Assembly (NCBI RefSeq): GCF_000315625.1
Contig: NW_005434671.1
Coordinates: forward strand, 1,041,170-1,105,169
Source of the DNA: Guillardia theta CCMP2712
Lineage: Eukaryota; Protista; Cryptophyta
Direction: 5' to 3'
DNA length: 64,000 nucleotides
Positions within the stretch are counted from its first letter, which is position 1. Every line of letters begins with the position of its first letter. The notes below the pieces were generated by a model. The model was given only the letters and a program-made list of their open reading frames with translations, searched no databases and had not been told where the DNA came from. The translations under genes and the position numbers were made by a program. Shown here piece by piece: positions 1 through 13,942 of the stretch.

Positions 1-119
1 GCTCTTTCCCACTATCCTTCTCTCTTCATTCCTTCCTCTGTTCTATTTTACCCTTTCTACTCTCCTCCCTCCTTTCCTCTGCCTCGTTTTCTCCTCCCCT
101 TCCTCCTCTCCTCTCACCA

Positions 120-3100
120 AACGTGTCTGGAACAAGATCGCTCTCGACGTATTGTACAAGTTGTTCGGACTGCACAAGAAATTGTCGATCAAACAGAATC
201 ACGGCATCAAGATTTGAAATTTTACCTGAAAAACAGCAAAATGCAGCCTCCTCTCCCAGAGTCCCTTCGAAAGTTGTGAGTTGCTGTGACTTTCGGCCAT
301 TTCTAACCTGGTCAAGAAACAAGTTTGCAAGGAAAACTGCTCTCTCCCTGCGAAAGAAATTCAGACATGCTTTGGAAGGGATGGGGACGAGAACAGCATG
401 TAGACAAGAACAGCATGTAGACGAGACAGAATTGTTCTTGATGTTCTTTGTGATGATGACGATGATGATGACGATGGTGGTGGTGGTGATGAGGAGGAGG
501 AGGAGAAGGATGGGGAGAAAGGCAGAGAGGAGCAGGAGGGAAAAAGGGGCAGGAAGGCACGGGAGCAGGATCAGATTTCTCTTTGATGGAACCTGTCGTA
601 ATTGTTGACAACTCGGACGAACTCCATGTAATGTTTGTGAATTCCCTGTCACCTCAACCATGAGTCCCTTCAAGACTGTTCCCGTCCTCTACCTCCGCCA
701 CATCAAGATCCTCGTCCCTCAGCAGCTTCTCAAACGTTTCACAAAGGACCTGGAAGCTCTTGTCAAGCACGGGCGATGATAGCAAGAGACACGTGTTCAT
801 TCCGTCGACAACAACACAACGAGGGGGCGAAAACACCAGAAGCAAATTCATCACCATCAACACTCATCACCATCGACACTCATCACCATCGATATGTCCA
901 TCACAATCTGTCAACAGCAACATGGCGGGAGGAAGTACCGAGAGGCAGTCCTCGTCGAAGAGGTTCGGGTATAGGTGAATGCTATGAGACATCATCCAGC
1001 GAACGTCCGCTGCCAGCTCGTCAGCCTCGTCCGACCGGTGAACGTCTCTTACATTCATCGTCCTCGCACATGCACTTGTACACTACCAGCGCCTCCGCCC
1101 AGGCCACCCCAGCCTCCTTGCAGAGACGAAGAGCCGCGGGGAACTAAGACAGTGAAACCATGAGGGGGGGGAGAGTTAAGAGAATATGGAAGGGGAGGCG
1201 GGAAGAAGACTTGACAGAGAAGGAAGAGCAGCAGATCAAAGAGAGGAGTACGAGAAGCTGGAGGAGAACAAGGAGGAGGAGGAGGAGGAGGAGGAGGAGG
1301 AGGAGGAGGAGGAGGAGGAGGAGGAGGAGGAGGAGCACTGGAATGAACATAAGCAGAACCTGATAAGCGAGAGCGATTGGGTCGGTGATAGGAGGGACCA
1401 AAAACCATCTTCATCCCATCCTTCAAACGACCAGTCAGTGGAAATCTCCTGTTCCCCTCCTCTATCTCCGTTTCCCCATCCTCCCTCCTCCCTCCTCCCT
1501 CCTCCCTCCTCTCTGCTGTGCTGCCTTCTCTCACCTTGACTGTTATGTAACTTCCATCTTCCGACACCTGACTGATAGTTACATCGAGACTTGAAATCAT
1601 CGCCTCCACCTTCCAAACTCCATCTGGGAGCTCCACGTGTCGTTGAGCAAGATACGCGCTGTAAGAAGCCTATGGATAGCATGAGAAAAGGAGAGGGAAG
1701 GGAGGAGAAGGTGAGGAGAGGAGTGAAAGGATGGAAAAGAAGGGGGGAGGGGGGGCAGAAAGACGAGAGGAGAAGTGAAAGTGGAGGAGAGGCGGAGAAA
1801 AAGCAAGGAAACTAAAGTCAAGGAGCAAGAGAACGATAAACAGACAGATAGACAGATAGACAGGAAGACAGATAGAGAGATAGAGAGATAAACAGACAGA
1901 CAGACAGACAGATAGACAGATAGATAAACAGACAGACAGATAGATAGAGAGATAGACAGACAGACAGAACTTATTCTCACCTGCATTGCTCGAAGCCAAC
2001 AAAGCCTTCGCTCCCATGTCGAGGGGATCACGCTCAAGATGATTGGTAGCTGGAGCAAGTGATGACAAGTGCAAATCAGATTTGAGATTCCATGGCATGC
2101 AGGAACAGAGACATGCACAAGATATTCAAAAGAAGACATGCTCTACAAGCAGTGCATATCAATTTCTCGTCACCTGACAGTGAAGTTTCACAGACAAGTT
2201 CGACGTTCTCTGATCATTCCAACTCCAGGCGCAAACCTTGAGAGTACATGTAAGCTCGACCATCGAAGAAAGTCGGCGACTGACAATGGCCGGATTCAAG
2301 AAATTCTCTTTCACGTCTCCCGGCATGCTCGAACAAACTTCCAAGATGTCCTGTCGGCTACTCAACCATGGAACAAGACCTCATCATACACTCACTTGAA
2401 TCACAGGGTGAAACGCTTCCAACGCTGCTGTCTTCTGCATTCGCCGTCAGCATTCACAGAGCCTCGCTCTGACCTTTTACAGCTTCTCCGCGGAGGTTGA
2501 TGAGCAGGCGGCAGAGACCTGCCGGTTGAGATGAGAGGCAGGGAGGAGAGGAGGAGATCTGTGCTCACTGGGTAGGAACCCGCAGAGATAGACGTGGAAG
2601 ATGAGACATTCGATCATCGCCTGCGAGACAAGATCAGTCGTCAGAGTCGTGTGAAGATGCAGGAGAACAAAAGGATCAAAAATCATGTACAATGTCGCCC
2701 GTCAGTTGCCAATGATCAGAGAGAGAGAGGGAGAGCGAGAGGGGGAGACAGAGAGGGAGGGAGGGAGGGAGGGAGGGAGGGAGGGAGGGAGGGAAGGGGA
2801 GAGGAAAGAATGGGAGCAGGAGGAAAGAATCTCAACCCACAGCAGCTTCTACAAAATCTCTCCTCCTCCTCACCTTCCAGGGCCTTGCCGCATGGCTCCA
2901 ATCGTGCATCTCTCCTCCTCGAAACACTGCAAGTGCTGCTTCCATATACCTGCTCCCTGCTCAACTTCCTCCCTCCGCTCTTGTTCCCTCCCCTGCCTCC
3001 CACCTCCTCCTCCCCGCCCTTTCCCCATGTCCTCCTCCTCTTCCTCCTCCTCCTCCTCCTCCTCCTCCTCCTCCTCTTCCTCCTCCTCCTCGCCTCCCTC

Positions 3101-6100
3101 ACCTCTCTTCGATTGTCTTGATGGCACTGAGCTTGATCTGAGGGTCTTCGTTGGAGCTGCTCTCGTTGTCAGATCAACGGACTTCTGCCCTCCTTTCTTC
3201 CTCCCCCACCTCAACAGGTCCAGGTGCATGGCCCGGATCTCGCTAGCAACGTCGCATCCTGCCTCATCCTTCAACCCTCCTCCTCCCCTCCCGTCAGCAA
3301 CTGACCGCTGTTTGACGCTGAGTAGTGCAACTGCCCCAGCAGCTGCGCCAGTTTGACTTGGTCGACATCCTGGGGGAACTTCAAAATTCCCGCACGAGGG
3401 GTCGGAGAGGCTCACAGGGTGTTGAATGCAGGGCATGGTGAAGTTTTCGATGAACTCTCGCCCGAGAACTCCGCTTAGCAACTGAGATCGCAGTCAGAGT
3501 CATACCAATGGTGACTGAAACATAGTGCTTGTGTAACAACATTACTATTAGCAACATGAACATTATCATTCTTAACACCATCACCATCGCCGTCGTTATC
3601 ATCATGTCATGATCGCTACATTCATGATAGAACATCTCAGACGACAAGGCACACAAGAATCATCTCATAAAACAAATCAATTCACTCATGACATGGAACA
3701 GCAGCGCAAAGGTGATCACTCAAGGTAAAGACCTGCAGAGCGTCGAGCATGCCGTGTTTGGGAACAAGATCGAGAGGTTCTGCGGTGAGTGAGAAGGGAG
3801 AAACGTTTGCTTCCCACTCATCAACCGGAGTATTGTGTGTTTGAAAGACGAAGAGCACCGTGACGAGGGACCTGGAGGAAACATGACGAAGGTGTAGATG
3901 AGAGGAGGATTAGATGTGTAGGCGAAGCGAGGGAGGACGAGAGGAGGAGCAAGCAGTGAACGAGAGATGGAATGCGGAGAGAATAGGACAGGACAGGAGA
4001 GGGGAGGGGAGGAGAACACAGGAGAGAAGAGGAGCGGAGAGGAGAGGAGAGGAGGGGAGGGGAGGGGACAGGACAGGACAGGACAGGACAGGACAGGACA
4101 GGACAGGACAGGAAGTGACGACGATACTCTCGGATCTCATATAGTCACGATGTTGTTATGCTCACCTCGGAGTACTCGTAGGAACCTGACTGCATCTGCT
4201 CCTTGGTGATCTTGGTGCCGTGCCATGTTCTGATAGCAGTCAAGTGCTCCCAAGGTAAACAAGACCATCATGCAGACATGCCACGAGGAGTGCAGAGAAG
4301 TGATGAGTGAGAAAGATGTAATGATGAGGAGAAGCAGAGTGACGAGAACACTTGCAAACAAAAGAGACGGGGAAAGAACAACAAGGGACAACAACAAGGA
4401 ACAACAGCAACAAGGAAGGATAAGAAGAGAAAAGAAGGATGAGATGCACAGCAGCGCTTCTCACCGGTCCAACACCGCACTCTCTTTGAAAGATCCTTCT
4501 AGCCCGATACTGAAGTCATCGTCCATAACGCACAAGTTCTGCAACACGATGATGAGACAGGCGTCGAAGAATGAGCATGCAAGATCAGAGCTTAAGGAAA
4601 ACTTGTCTCTCCTCTCTCCTCTTGCTACCTGTCTGGACATGTTTTTCGGAAGCGACATCAGTTGCCCTGCTTTCTTGAGCACTCGCTTGAAGGCGCTTTT
4701 CTCTGCTTCGTTCCCTAGGTTTCGATCAGAATCAGAAACTGATCCTAGCAAGAGGATGAAGAGTAGAAGCTGAAAGAGAGGAGGAGGAGGAGGAGGAGGA
4801 GGAGGAGGAGGAGGAGGGCGGAGATGGGGAAAGGGACGGGGATAAGGACGAGGACGAGGAATTTATAGGAGAAGGAGAAGGATCCAAGATGTACAAGAAG
4901 ATGTACAAGAAGGTTTGAACGTAAATCAAACAGGAGATGGAGGGCAAAAGCGAAAATAAGAGGTTTTAGGAAGAGGGGGAGGGGGGAAGAGGAAGGGGGA
5001 AGATGATGAGGAGGAGAGGGGGGGGCAGCAGCAGGGATGGTACTGACCCGCTAGTTTGGAAGGGTCTGCCTCTCCGGAGATGTGTATAACAGTAGACGAG
5101 CCGTGCCAAGACCTCTCCTTGACGCTGACCATCTTCTTGGCAGCTGAGAACAAGACAGCGGAGTTACTTGAAACATCGGGAAGCAGCGGAAGGAGACTGA
5201 GTGAGGATGAAGGAAAGGCAAGGCAGGGAAAGAATGAGCGTTCACTTGAGTGGTCGACGGAGTTCGTGTCGCTGATGAAAAGATCTGAGCTGTCTGAAAG
5301 GACATTATAGTCATGACAAATAACACGTAGAGGAAGATAAGGACGAAGAGTAGTATTAGCAGTAGTAGTTGATCTAGCAGAAAAAGTAGGAGGAGAGGGA
5401 GTAGGAGGAGGAGGAGGAGGATGGAGAGGGAAGAGGAGGAGGAGGAGGGGTAGGAGGAGAGCAGAAATGTTCACCTGAGTCGTAGATGACACCGTTCAGC
5501 TCCTTGACAAGGATATCGTATGGAACATGGAGGGCAATAGAGCAGAGCGCCTGCAACAATAACGACGGCACGGGATCAGCAATTTCCTGTCATCTGCTGA
5601 ACAGAACCCTCCATCCCTCCTTCATCCTTCTTCATCCCTCCTTCATCCAGCATTTCTCTCTCTCTCACCTGTGGAGCCTCTCTCGCCAATTCGCGAAGAG
5701 CATCAACACGTTTTTCCCGCGAGCCGTGAAGGAGCTAGAGGGATGTCAGTATATATCTCCTCCTCCTCGTCCATCTCCAACTCCTCCTCCCCCTCCTCTC
5801 TCTGTCTCTGTCTCTCGCTCGCTTGCTCAATCCCCCCTCCCCCCGGCCTCCTCCTCCTCCTCCTCCTCCTCCTCTCCCTTCTTCTCCTCCTCTCCTTCCT
5901 CCTTTGCCACAAGCCTATTGTGTCCCTTCTCCTCTTCCGCACTCACTTGCTCGCTGACTATACGGAAAAGCGTTCCCAGTGAGGACAGTTTTCCGAAATC
6001 TGGAGAAAGTTGAGCGAAAAGGGGGAGAAAAGACAGTTGCAATGAAGTGAAAATCAAGAAGGAAGAGAGTGGAAAAGGACAATAAAAAGGCAAAGGAAAA

Positions 6101-9100
6101 CAATATGAAGACATTCAAATCATTTGATAAAGATACAGAAAGAAAGGCAACAAGTCTAGTCAAGTCAAGTCAGGTCAGGTCAAGTCAAGTAAAGCAAAAT
6201 CAAGTCACCATAAGACCAGAACAGGACAAGAAAAAGAGACAAGGGAGGACGAAGGTGAGGAGAACTATTGGCAGTGGGAGATAGCAAGGTCAGGATATCA
6301 CCGGTGGTATCAAGGTCAAGATCAACCATCACCGAAGGGTTCAGCTGCCCCAGCACTTCGCACGCCTGCTCTTTCGTCAATCTCGTCATGACATGAGACA
6401 CATCGCTGACCGCCGTCCAGGCGATGGAGGCCGACGAGGACTTGAATTGGTTGAGGAAGGAACTGAGGCGATGCTCGTAGATCTGTCCAAGGGCAAGATG
6501 GAAGTCGCCAAGAACGATCAGCGATGATCCGCAAAAAGCAAAGATGAAGACATCGAAGAAGTGCGGGCAGGCGGGAAGTAATGAAGGCAGGCAGACAAGG
6601 ATTGTGGGAGGGAGGGAGCTAAAGAAAGCACGAGAGAACGATCAGCACCATGCAAACATCTCAGGTGGACAGTGTTGACACGAGACATCTGGCTCAAGAC
6701 ATCTCACTCACATCAGTCGTTGAGAAGCTGATGTTCTGATTTCCATTGATCGCTACAATCTCTCCACACGTCGAGGCTCCTCCCTGCTCCCGTCGTTACC
6801 AGACGCCCTCCCAACAGAACCTCGCTGTGCTATTACCCCTTCTCCTATCCTGAGCGCTGATTTCGTCCCCTTGTAGAGGAAAGAAGTTCAGAAAAAAACA
6901 CCACTGGTCACCTCTCACCTTCCTAATCTTGTTCAAGTCTGCATACGACGCTTCTCCGAACTGAAACAAGGCGCTCAATCACACGCGGTAGGGAGGTAGA
7001 TGAAAGGGATACCTTGAACCCCGTGATCCCCTGTGAAAGCATCCGCACCGCACACGAGCGGAACCTGAAGAACGAGTTAGGAAGGAAGGAGCGTGTGAGG
7101 GACAGGAAAGAGTTAGGACGAGGAGGGAGGAGATGCAGGAGAAGGAGAGAGCGAAGGGTGCCGAGAAGGTCGTACAAGCTAGATCCAAGCACAGGTGTAT
7201 GCGGAGGAGATCGGGGAAGGAAGTTGGGGGGGGGAGGCAAGACAGAGGGAGGAAGCAAGGAGAGAACCTCTCAATGTTGCTCCTCGGAGTTGCATTCCCG
7301 GCATCTTTCGTCTTCAATTGATAGTCCTGTCATGCCACGTCACCGACTACCTCGCTCTCTACTGCTGCTTGTGCCTCCGGCGTTGCCATCATCACTACCC
7401 AGTTGCAAATGTTGTGGGGAAGCTGAAGAGGTTGTGAGGAGGACCAGCAGACGAACTCCCAACAGCGCGAACCTCTTTGAAGAACGTTTGAAGATCGACG
7501 GCAAATGTCAATGGAAGCAGCTCCACCTAGTGACGAGAATTCAGAGATAGCACTTTCCGATATTTTATCTCCTTCTTCTGCCTTCTCCTCTCTCTGTCTC
7601 TCTCTGTCTCTTTCTTTCACACGCGTACACACATACAAACACAACACACACTACCTTCCTACCTCCCCCTCAATCTTTCCTCCCTCTCTGCCTCTGCCTC
7701 TTCCCATCCCTCAAGCTCCCCCCCCTCTCCCTCCTTCTGTCTTCCTCCCAGCTTCACTGATCATGCTCGACACCTGAAATATCATCGTCCCTCGGTTGCT
7801 CGCTGACTTCTTCCCTCCTGGTTTGATCAGAGTCCCAGTGAGGCTGACCGCATTCGGACTGTCGCAACTTTGTGAGCTAACAAGGACGAGAGCGGAACAC
7901 GGTCCCAACCTGATCCCCATTTCCATCCACTTGTCTGAAGTATCTTCGTCTTGAATGTCTTGCACTGAGAGGGCAGAAAGATCAGACGTCAATATGCTCG
8001 ATCAAGGTAAGGACGCACTGGAAGAAGAGAACTCATCGAAGGGGATCTTAAAGCTCCCGATGAACTTCGGTCGGAGAACCCTCCTTTCTGTGACCTCGAC
8101 GCTCAACTGACAGGTCAAGTCAGGTTGACAGGTCCGACGGCGCCCCCCGTCCCCCGCCCCCCTTTCCCCCCCCTCGAATCGCTGAAGGGCTTCCAACGCA
8201 CACCTGAGCATTTCGTAGCCGGGGGCCCTCCTGCCGTGATTGTACTCAGCCAAACATCTCAAAGTGAAGTGAAGGAGGGGCAGCAGAGTCAAGCAAGGAG
8301 TGTGCTTCATCCGCCCAATCTGGATCATCAAACGGCAGGGGGAACAGCCATGACATAATCCCTGACAACCCCCGAAATGCGCTCTCTAACTTCCGACCCC
8401 AGGTGTACACGAGTAACAGTACAAGGCAGGATACGATGCTTACATCCAGCACGAAGCTGAGAATGTCGGCGAAGTACATGGTACAGCCATCTGCAACACA
8501 AGATCATCCCTGGTCGGCCTCGAGACATGCCTCCACTGCCCCTCACCGATGTCCAGCTTCACATTCATAGGAGGAGAAATGTAATCGTTGGTCTCAGGGC
8601 TCCAGACCTGGGAGCCGAACTTAGCCAGAGTACGGGAGCTTCAAGTACAATGAAGTTCAATGTCACCCCGATCGAAGCGAGGATCGGACTCTTGGGCGCC
8701 TCATACAAGCTTCCTGTCAGAAGTCGGAACTGCAGAAGAGTTTTAGGAACCGTACTGATTTCCCTGTGTTATACCTTGAACATTCTTGTGGCCACCATGA
8801 AGGATTCAGTGCTGGGAACTGCGAGAAACTTAAGAGGCTTGCGAATCCGTGTGCAATTCTTGCTCACCACAGTGTAGCTTGCCACGACGACTCTGCGAGC
8901 CTCGTCGCTTGAAAGACATCATGTACAATGGCTCAGGTAATGCAGGTGTCTTGTCGCAGAGAAAATCAGATCATTCGTCTTGGTTCAGCTGCAGGCATTC
9001 GCAGTCAGCTCATGAAACCCTGCTACTTCCGCTGACGGCACGAGGAGACTTGAGGAGAGGTGCAGGATCTCCATCTACCCTCAGACTGTCTGGGCCTCCA

Positions 9101-9230
9101 TGGCAGGGCATCTACGCCTGTAACTGGATCCGCTTCTTCCCCTCAAGCTCCCGCCCCTCTCCCCCCATTCCCGTCCCTGCTGCCCCTCCCGGCCTCCCCA
9201 TCCTTCACGCTTTCCCCCATCTCGCCATGA
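120..9230 (-). CDS. Large multi-exon hypothetical protein (possibly more than one gene), weak C2-like segment near the N-terminus; probably continues past the left edge
   Basis: Chain of minus-strand coding-like exons separated by GT-AG introns filled with GA/CT microsatellites, e.g. LSVEVTERRVLRPKFIGSFKIPFDEF (~8030-8110, C2-like), KSAFKRVLKKAGQLMSLPKNMSRQVAR (~4630-4750), poly-Glu (~3030-3090), ELPDGVWKVEAMISSLDVTISQ (~1570-1636). No family recognised; ends approximate. Confidence 0.5.
1273..1335. repeat. (GAG)n microsatellite
   Basis: About 20 perfect GAG units. Confidence 0.95.
1838..1968. repeat. (GACA/GATA)n compound microsatellite, intronic
   Basis: Mixed GACA/GATA/GAGA tetramers. 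Confidence 0.9.
4020..4112. repeat. (GGAGA)n/(GGACA)n pentamer repeat, intronic
   Basis: Tandem ggaca units from ~4066 preceded by ggaga units. Confidence 0.9.
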
Positions 9231-9975
9231 GGTCCTCAGACTCGCACCGCTTGAGGTTAAAATATTGTCGTGCAATCTATAGAGATATCAGAAAATGAGT
9301 AAACTTAGTATGGAATACTGATATTAAATTGGTTTTAGAAGTCATCCAGTACCACCACGTACCAGCTAAAATATATTTAAATACAAAGGGCTCCTTACGA
9401 AATTATGTTCTGTTTATTTCAAATACATAAAGGTAAGTACAAAATTTTAACTCCGATTTCAGCAAAGCCCTCATGAAAAAAAGAAGGTTCATTGCAAGCC
9501 GAAATTAACCAAGGGGGGTAGTCCGAATCAACATAGTACCCGTCCTATTGTCCTACAAACAACCGGATAGGGGCACATAGTACCCCTACCACTATCAGGC
9601 AGTCCTGCTCCGCCCTTTTGCAAACCACCCAGCTTATTGGACCCCACTTTTCCTGGAGAGAAGCACCGGTAGCACAGCTACAATCGTGTACTCGACCCAA
9701 AAAGTGCCTGGGAAGAGCAATGGGATAGGAGCGGGGAGAGAGGAGCTAGGAGCGGGGAGAGAGGAGCGGGGAGAGAGGAGCGAGGAGCGAGGAGCGAGGA
9801 AAGGAGGAGAGAGGAAAGGAGGAGAGAGGAAAGGAGGAGAGAGGAAAGGCGGAGAGAGGGGGTAGGAGAGGTAGTTCTCAAAGACGCGCTGAACAAGAGC
9901 AGCAAGAACAGTTTCCGAGTAACATTTACGAGTAAACAACGGTGAGACAGTGAATCCGTGCAGGCTACATCGGAG

Positions 9976-12098
9976 CTATTCAGCGGCCGCCTGCCCTTCC
10001 TCAGGCACAGGTGGTGGCTCCAGGTTCAGATCGCCTGCACAAACAAGTGTGTAAAGATGATGTGTGAAAATGGTGAACGGAAGCGGGTGAAGATGAACGC
10101 AGAGAAAGCAATTGAGTTACCTGCAACTCCTTTACACTTCTCGTTGCGTTTGTATTCGGGCAGGCTGGGTTCTGGCAGAACCTTGCCGACGACCGGCGGT
10201 GTGAACATGGCACCAGTCTGAGAAACTGCTGTTGAGTACCGATCAAGCTCCCGCATCGCGGTACCTCGTAAACACCCCAGCCACAGTAGAAGTTGACGAA
10301 GGTATATCCCCATCCGACCGTAACGGCTCCAGGCCATGCCAGGCTGCGGACAACAGCGCAGGCATACTGCGGAGCCTTTCCTCCTGCTAGATGAGCAGTC
10401 CATGCGGGAGAGTCGTACTTAGGGATCTGTTCAGATGTCAGAGTAAAGCAAGGAGAGGAGAGCGGAGAGCATGACGACCTTGTCGAGGTGTATGCTCTGT
10501 AGTGCAGGGCGATTCTTCTCCAATCGTGGATCTTTGGCATCAGGATTGCTCTCAGGAGGCGTCCAGCCATAGTCATAGTACTTGCAGCGACCCTACAAAA
10601 AGAGAGATGAGGAACACGAGTACAAGAATGGACAAATAAACCTGCGGCAAGAGATCCAACGAGGCATGTACCCAGCTTGACTTGTGCAGCTCACAGAGGG
10701 CATGCCCGGTCATGCCAAAGAAGGTCCCTTCTTCCGATAGCCCGACTGTCAGCTCACCTCCTCCCTCGTAGTCCGTCACATCTGCCAGATGCCCCCGAGG
10801 AGCGATGCGACAGTCCGCGCTGATTCGTGCGATCTGCGCTCGGAGATAGTGAAGCTCTCTGCCCGGGAAGGAGCTCTTGGAGAGGACAGGAGCATCCAGG
10901 TTGCCAGTGAAGAATCTTCTTATGTTTCTAGCCTGTCGTGAAAGATCAGGGTCGTTCGAAGGTAACACATAGAAACTGTCATACCGCGATGATCGTCTTT
11001 GGCTCGACGTCGGGAAGTCTTCTCCATGGGCTGGAATGCCCTGAAGTAACGTAGTACACGAAAGCGTTGCTGCTCATCATGAAATCTACAGGAGCTTCGG
11101 ATCCGATCGAGTCGGGCGGGACGATAGAAGGATCCTGTTCTCCCTCAGGAAGAGGAGGGTTTGGCTGTCGCCCGCTCATCAAGCATTCCGCTATGATCTA
11201 ACAAACAAAGTCAAAGGAACATACCCTGTTTTCATTGATCATCTCACATAATCCTTCTCAACACCCATGATCTTGCCCCACAGCCGCACGGACGATATCT
11301 TCTCGCCCTCAACTGCATCGGGGTTCTTGTGCAACAACGTCTGTCATGTAGACGTGAGGAGGATGCCATATGAACTCATCAACCAAACCTTTAAACTGAG
11401 GTAGAGTCTCACTGCTTCTTCCTTGCCAAACCCAACGCCAGCTCTCTCCAGGAAGCCGAGATCGTGTAAAACATCTCCCATGTCGCCTTCCACCTCGACA
11501 GGCAGAAGCTCCTCGACCTCCTGGCCCTCTACGGGTTCAGCTGGAGGTGCGGCAGGATCGACAGGAACAGGAAGCTTGAAAGGCCTGACCTTTTCCTTCA
11601 AATCCTACAATGACGTTACAACACGGGGGTGGTTACATGGAGAATATTTGTACGTGAATATCCTGCTCTTGTGGCAGGGTTGTCTCTGTTGACAAGTTCT
11701 CAAAGATAAATGGGAGGAGATCAGGAGTCAAGTCTGATGGTTGAGTTTCAATCAGATGCAGAAGTCTTTCCTGGAATAACAGAGGGTCAGCGCACGTTAC
11801 TCTACGTATGCAAACTATCAGGATCTCAGTGGTATCGGAGAGAAGGCAAGATCTCATCAGGGGAACGATAGCAATACTAGAGCTGGAGACATCGAGAGGA
11901 AGCAGGAGCAAGGTGCTGAATATCAAGGATGCGGTGGAAGGCGGGTAACGCTGGCAGAACTGGTGGGTTGGGCAACAAGGCGGGAGGGCAGCAAGAGAGT
12001 GGACAGGAGTGGGCAGGCGCAGCAGCAGCAGGGAGGAGCAAGAAGAAGTGAGATCAGGCATGTTGTCTCTTGTGTGTTCTTGCCTTCAAGAAGCCCAT
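9976..12098 (-). CDS. RSPH4/6: Radial spoke head protein 4/6 family (flagellar)
   Basis: Spliced motifs LERAGVGFGKEEAVRLYLSLK, VRLWGKIMG, NAFVYYVT..WRRLPDVEP, RRFFTGNLDAPV..FPGRELHYLRAQIARISA, AVVRSLAWPGA..FVNFYCGWG; stop TAG 9976-9978; start approximate. Confidence 0.92.
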
Positions 12099-12147
12099 CA
12101 GCGCCTCCTTCTCCCCCATCGCGCGAATCCCGGACATGGTCCCCTCA

Positions 12148-12227
12148 AACGGTCGGCGGTTGCCGTGGACCCCATCCCCACCACATACCGAATACCAAAA
12201 CAACGGAAATGTAACGGACAAACCGTT
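12148..12227. promoter_or_regulatory. Cluster of AACGG/CCGTT (MYB/MSA-like) motifs in a short divergent promoter
   Basis: AACGG at 12148, 12202, 12213 and CCGTT at 12223 between the head-to-head RSP4/6 and ARM genes. Confidence 0.35.
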
Positions 12228-12419
12228 CGAATGTGGAACCCGTGGCAGATGTCGGGCGAGAGGGAGACTGTCTGAGGGCGAGGACGAGGGGAGACTGAGG
12301 AAACAGGTTCTTGTTTACGCACTTCATCTGCTCTGTCAAGGTGCAAGTTTGACTCGCTGCGAGAAGCTTGATATTTCTGGAAATTTGAGGCATTCTGCTA
12401 TACTTGAAACCTCAGCATT

Positions 12420-13750
12420 ATGGAGGTCGAGCTCACAGGAATCTTGGAGGATGATGTTCGAACCCTTGTGATCGAGATATTGAATGGAACCCAGGAATCG
12501 CTGCCAAGAGTTACTTCAACTGTAAGTCTCCTTGTCGCTTGTTTGCCTCATGCTTTTCTTTGCGAAGGGAGCTGACCGTTTGTGCACTCAAGATCGCAAG
12601 ATTAGCCAGGACGGGAGTGGAAGAACGAACATCGTTGTTTGAAGGTGAAGCCTTAGGTGCGCTATCTACTCTATGCACCAAGGACAACGAAATCAAGATT
12701 CAAGTTCATGCCGCATATGCAATTTCTGCTCTCGCAAGCAATTTCACTTCGACAATGGATGAGAACAGAGTTTACGCATACGGTGATGTTCAAACAGAGG
12801 CCCTTCAACTGAAGCTTGTCCACACCTTGACCTCAAGCTTGACCTCGTGGCATCCCGAGCTGCAGGCGGCGGCAGCTGATGCGCTGGCCTCCTTGTGTTA
12901 CCGGAACACTGAGGTTCGGAGGGAGATGGGAAGACTGGATGCGTGTCGTTTGCTTGTGAATCTGCTGTACAGCCAACACGTCGATGTTCATAAAGCAGCT
13001 CTATGTGCCCTTCGTGCATACTGCGTTGATCCTGCAAGAGCTCAAGAAATTGAACAGAGGGAATGCTTGTCACAAGTTTGCAAACTTGCCAGGAGCGACA
13101 AAGATGATGTAATCTTCCGCGCTCTCTCCCTTGCATGGATGCTGGCTGGAGTGGACTCGATCAAAGAAAAGCTAGCATCGGAAGAAACCGGCGGCTTCCT
13201 CAAGCACGTTGTCCTTCTGTTAAGATCGAATAACAGGCACGTGAAATCCATGGCCGCCATTCTGCTGCGAAAACTCAGCCTGATTCGAGAGAATGCCAAA
13301 AAGGTCTTTGGTGAGAGAGAACATTTCTGTTGCAGAGCTATGATGCAACTTGGATGACTTGAGTCTAGATGAAGGGGCTCACACCGAGCTGGTCTCGGTG
13401 CTTTTCGATACAGATGACACCACCAAGGTCAACGTCGTGGGATGCTTGCACTTGCTCTGCTCGGAGGAACTTGTTTTGCTTCTTCATGCTCAAGTCTGAT
13501 TCTTGACAGCAGAGACGACAACGAGAGACGATCGCCACGAATCAAGACCTCACAGAGTTTCTTTCGACGACGAGACACGTGCAAAGGAGAGGTGGTAGCT
13601 CTGGTGTCTGTGGTCGCAGCTGAACAACTTTCTTGTAGAAGGGAAAGCCAAGCCGAGCAGCGCGCTAGTCTCGAGCTCCAAGAAGCTTTTCGATCTCCTG
13701 TTCCCTTCCAAAGAAGAAGAGGGTGAGGACAGGTTCTCGCTGAGATAAGT
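12420..13750 (+). CDS. Armadillo/ARM-repeat protein
   Basis: MEVELTGILEDD..., then helical repeats such as VHAAYAISALA, LQAAAADALASLCYRN, VHKAALCALRAYC; 3' end approximate. Confidence 0.8.
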
Positions 13751-13942
13751 CAAACAGAATGTACATTTTTATTAATCTTAAAGGGCACAAATGGGTTGCA
13801 ATCATCAAAACTGACAACTCCTGACAATGCTTCTCATCATGAGGATACCCTGTTTCAAATCCTCACCACCATGAAGTTCCTACACTCTCACGTTCACATG
13901 TCCAAGGAACATTTAGCTCCAAACCCAGAGCTCTGTTTACCA

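Noticed and set aside
1055-6163. Many poly-Pro/Arg/Leu/Ser ORFs in the ORF track
   Set aside because: Translations of microsatellites in introns
12158-12171. GTTGCCGTGGAC as an RFX X-box upstream of a flagellar gene
   Set aside because: Only a half match, and RFX factors are not expected in this lineage
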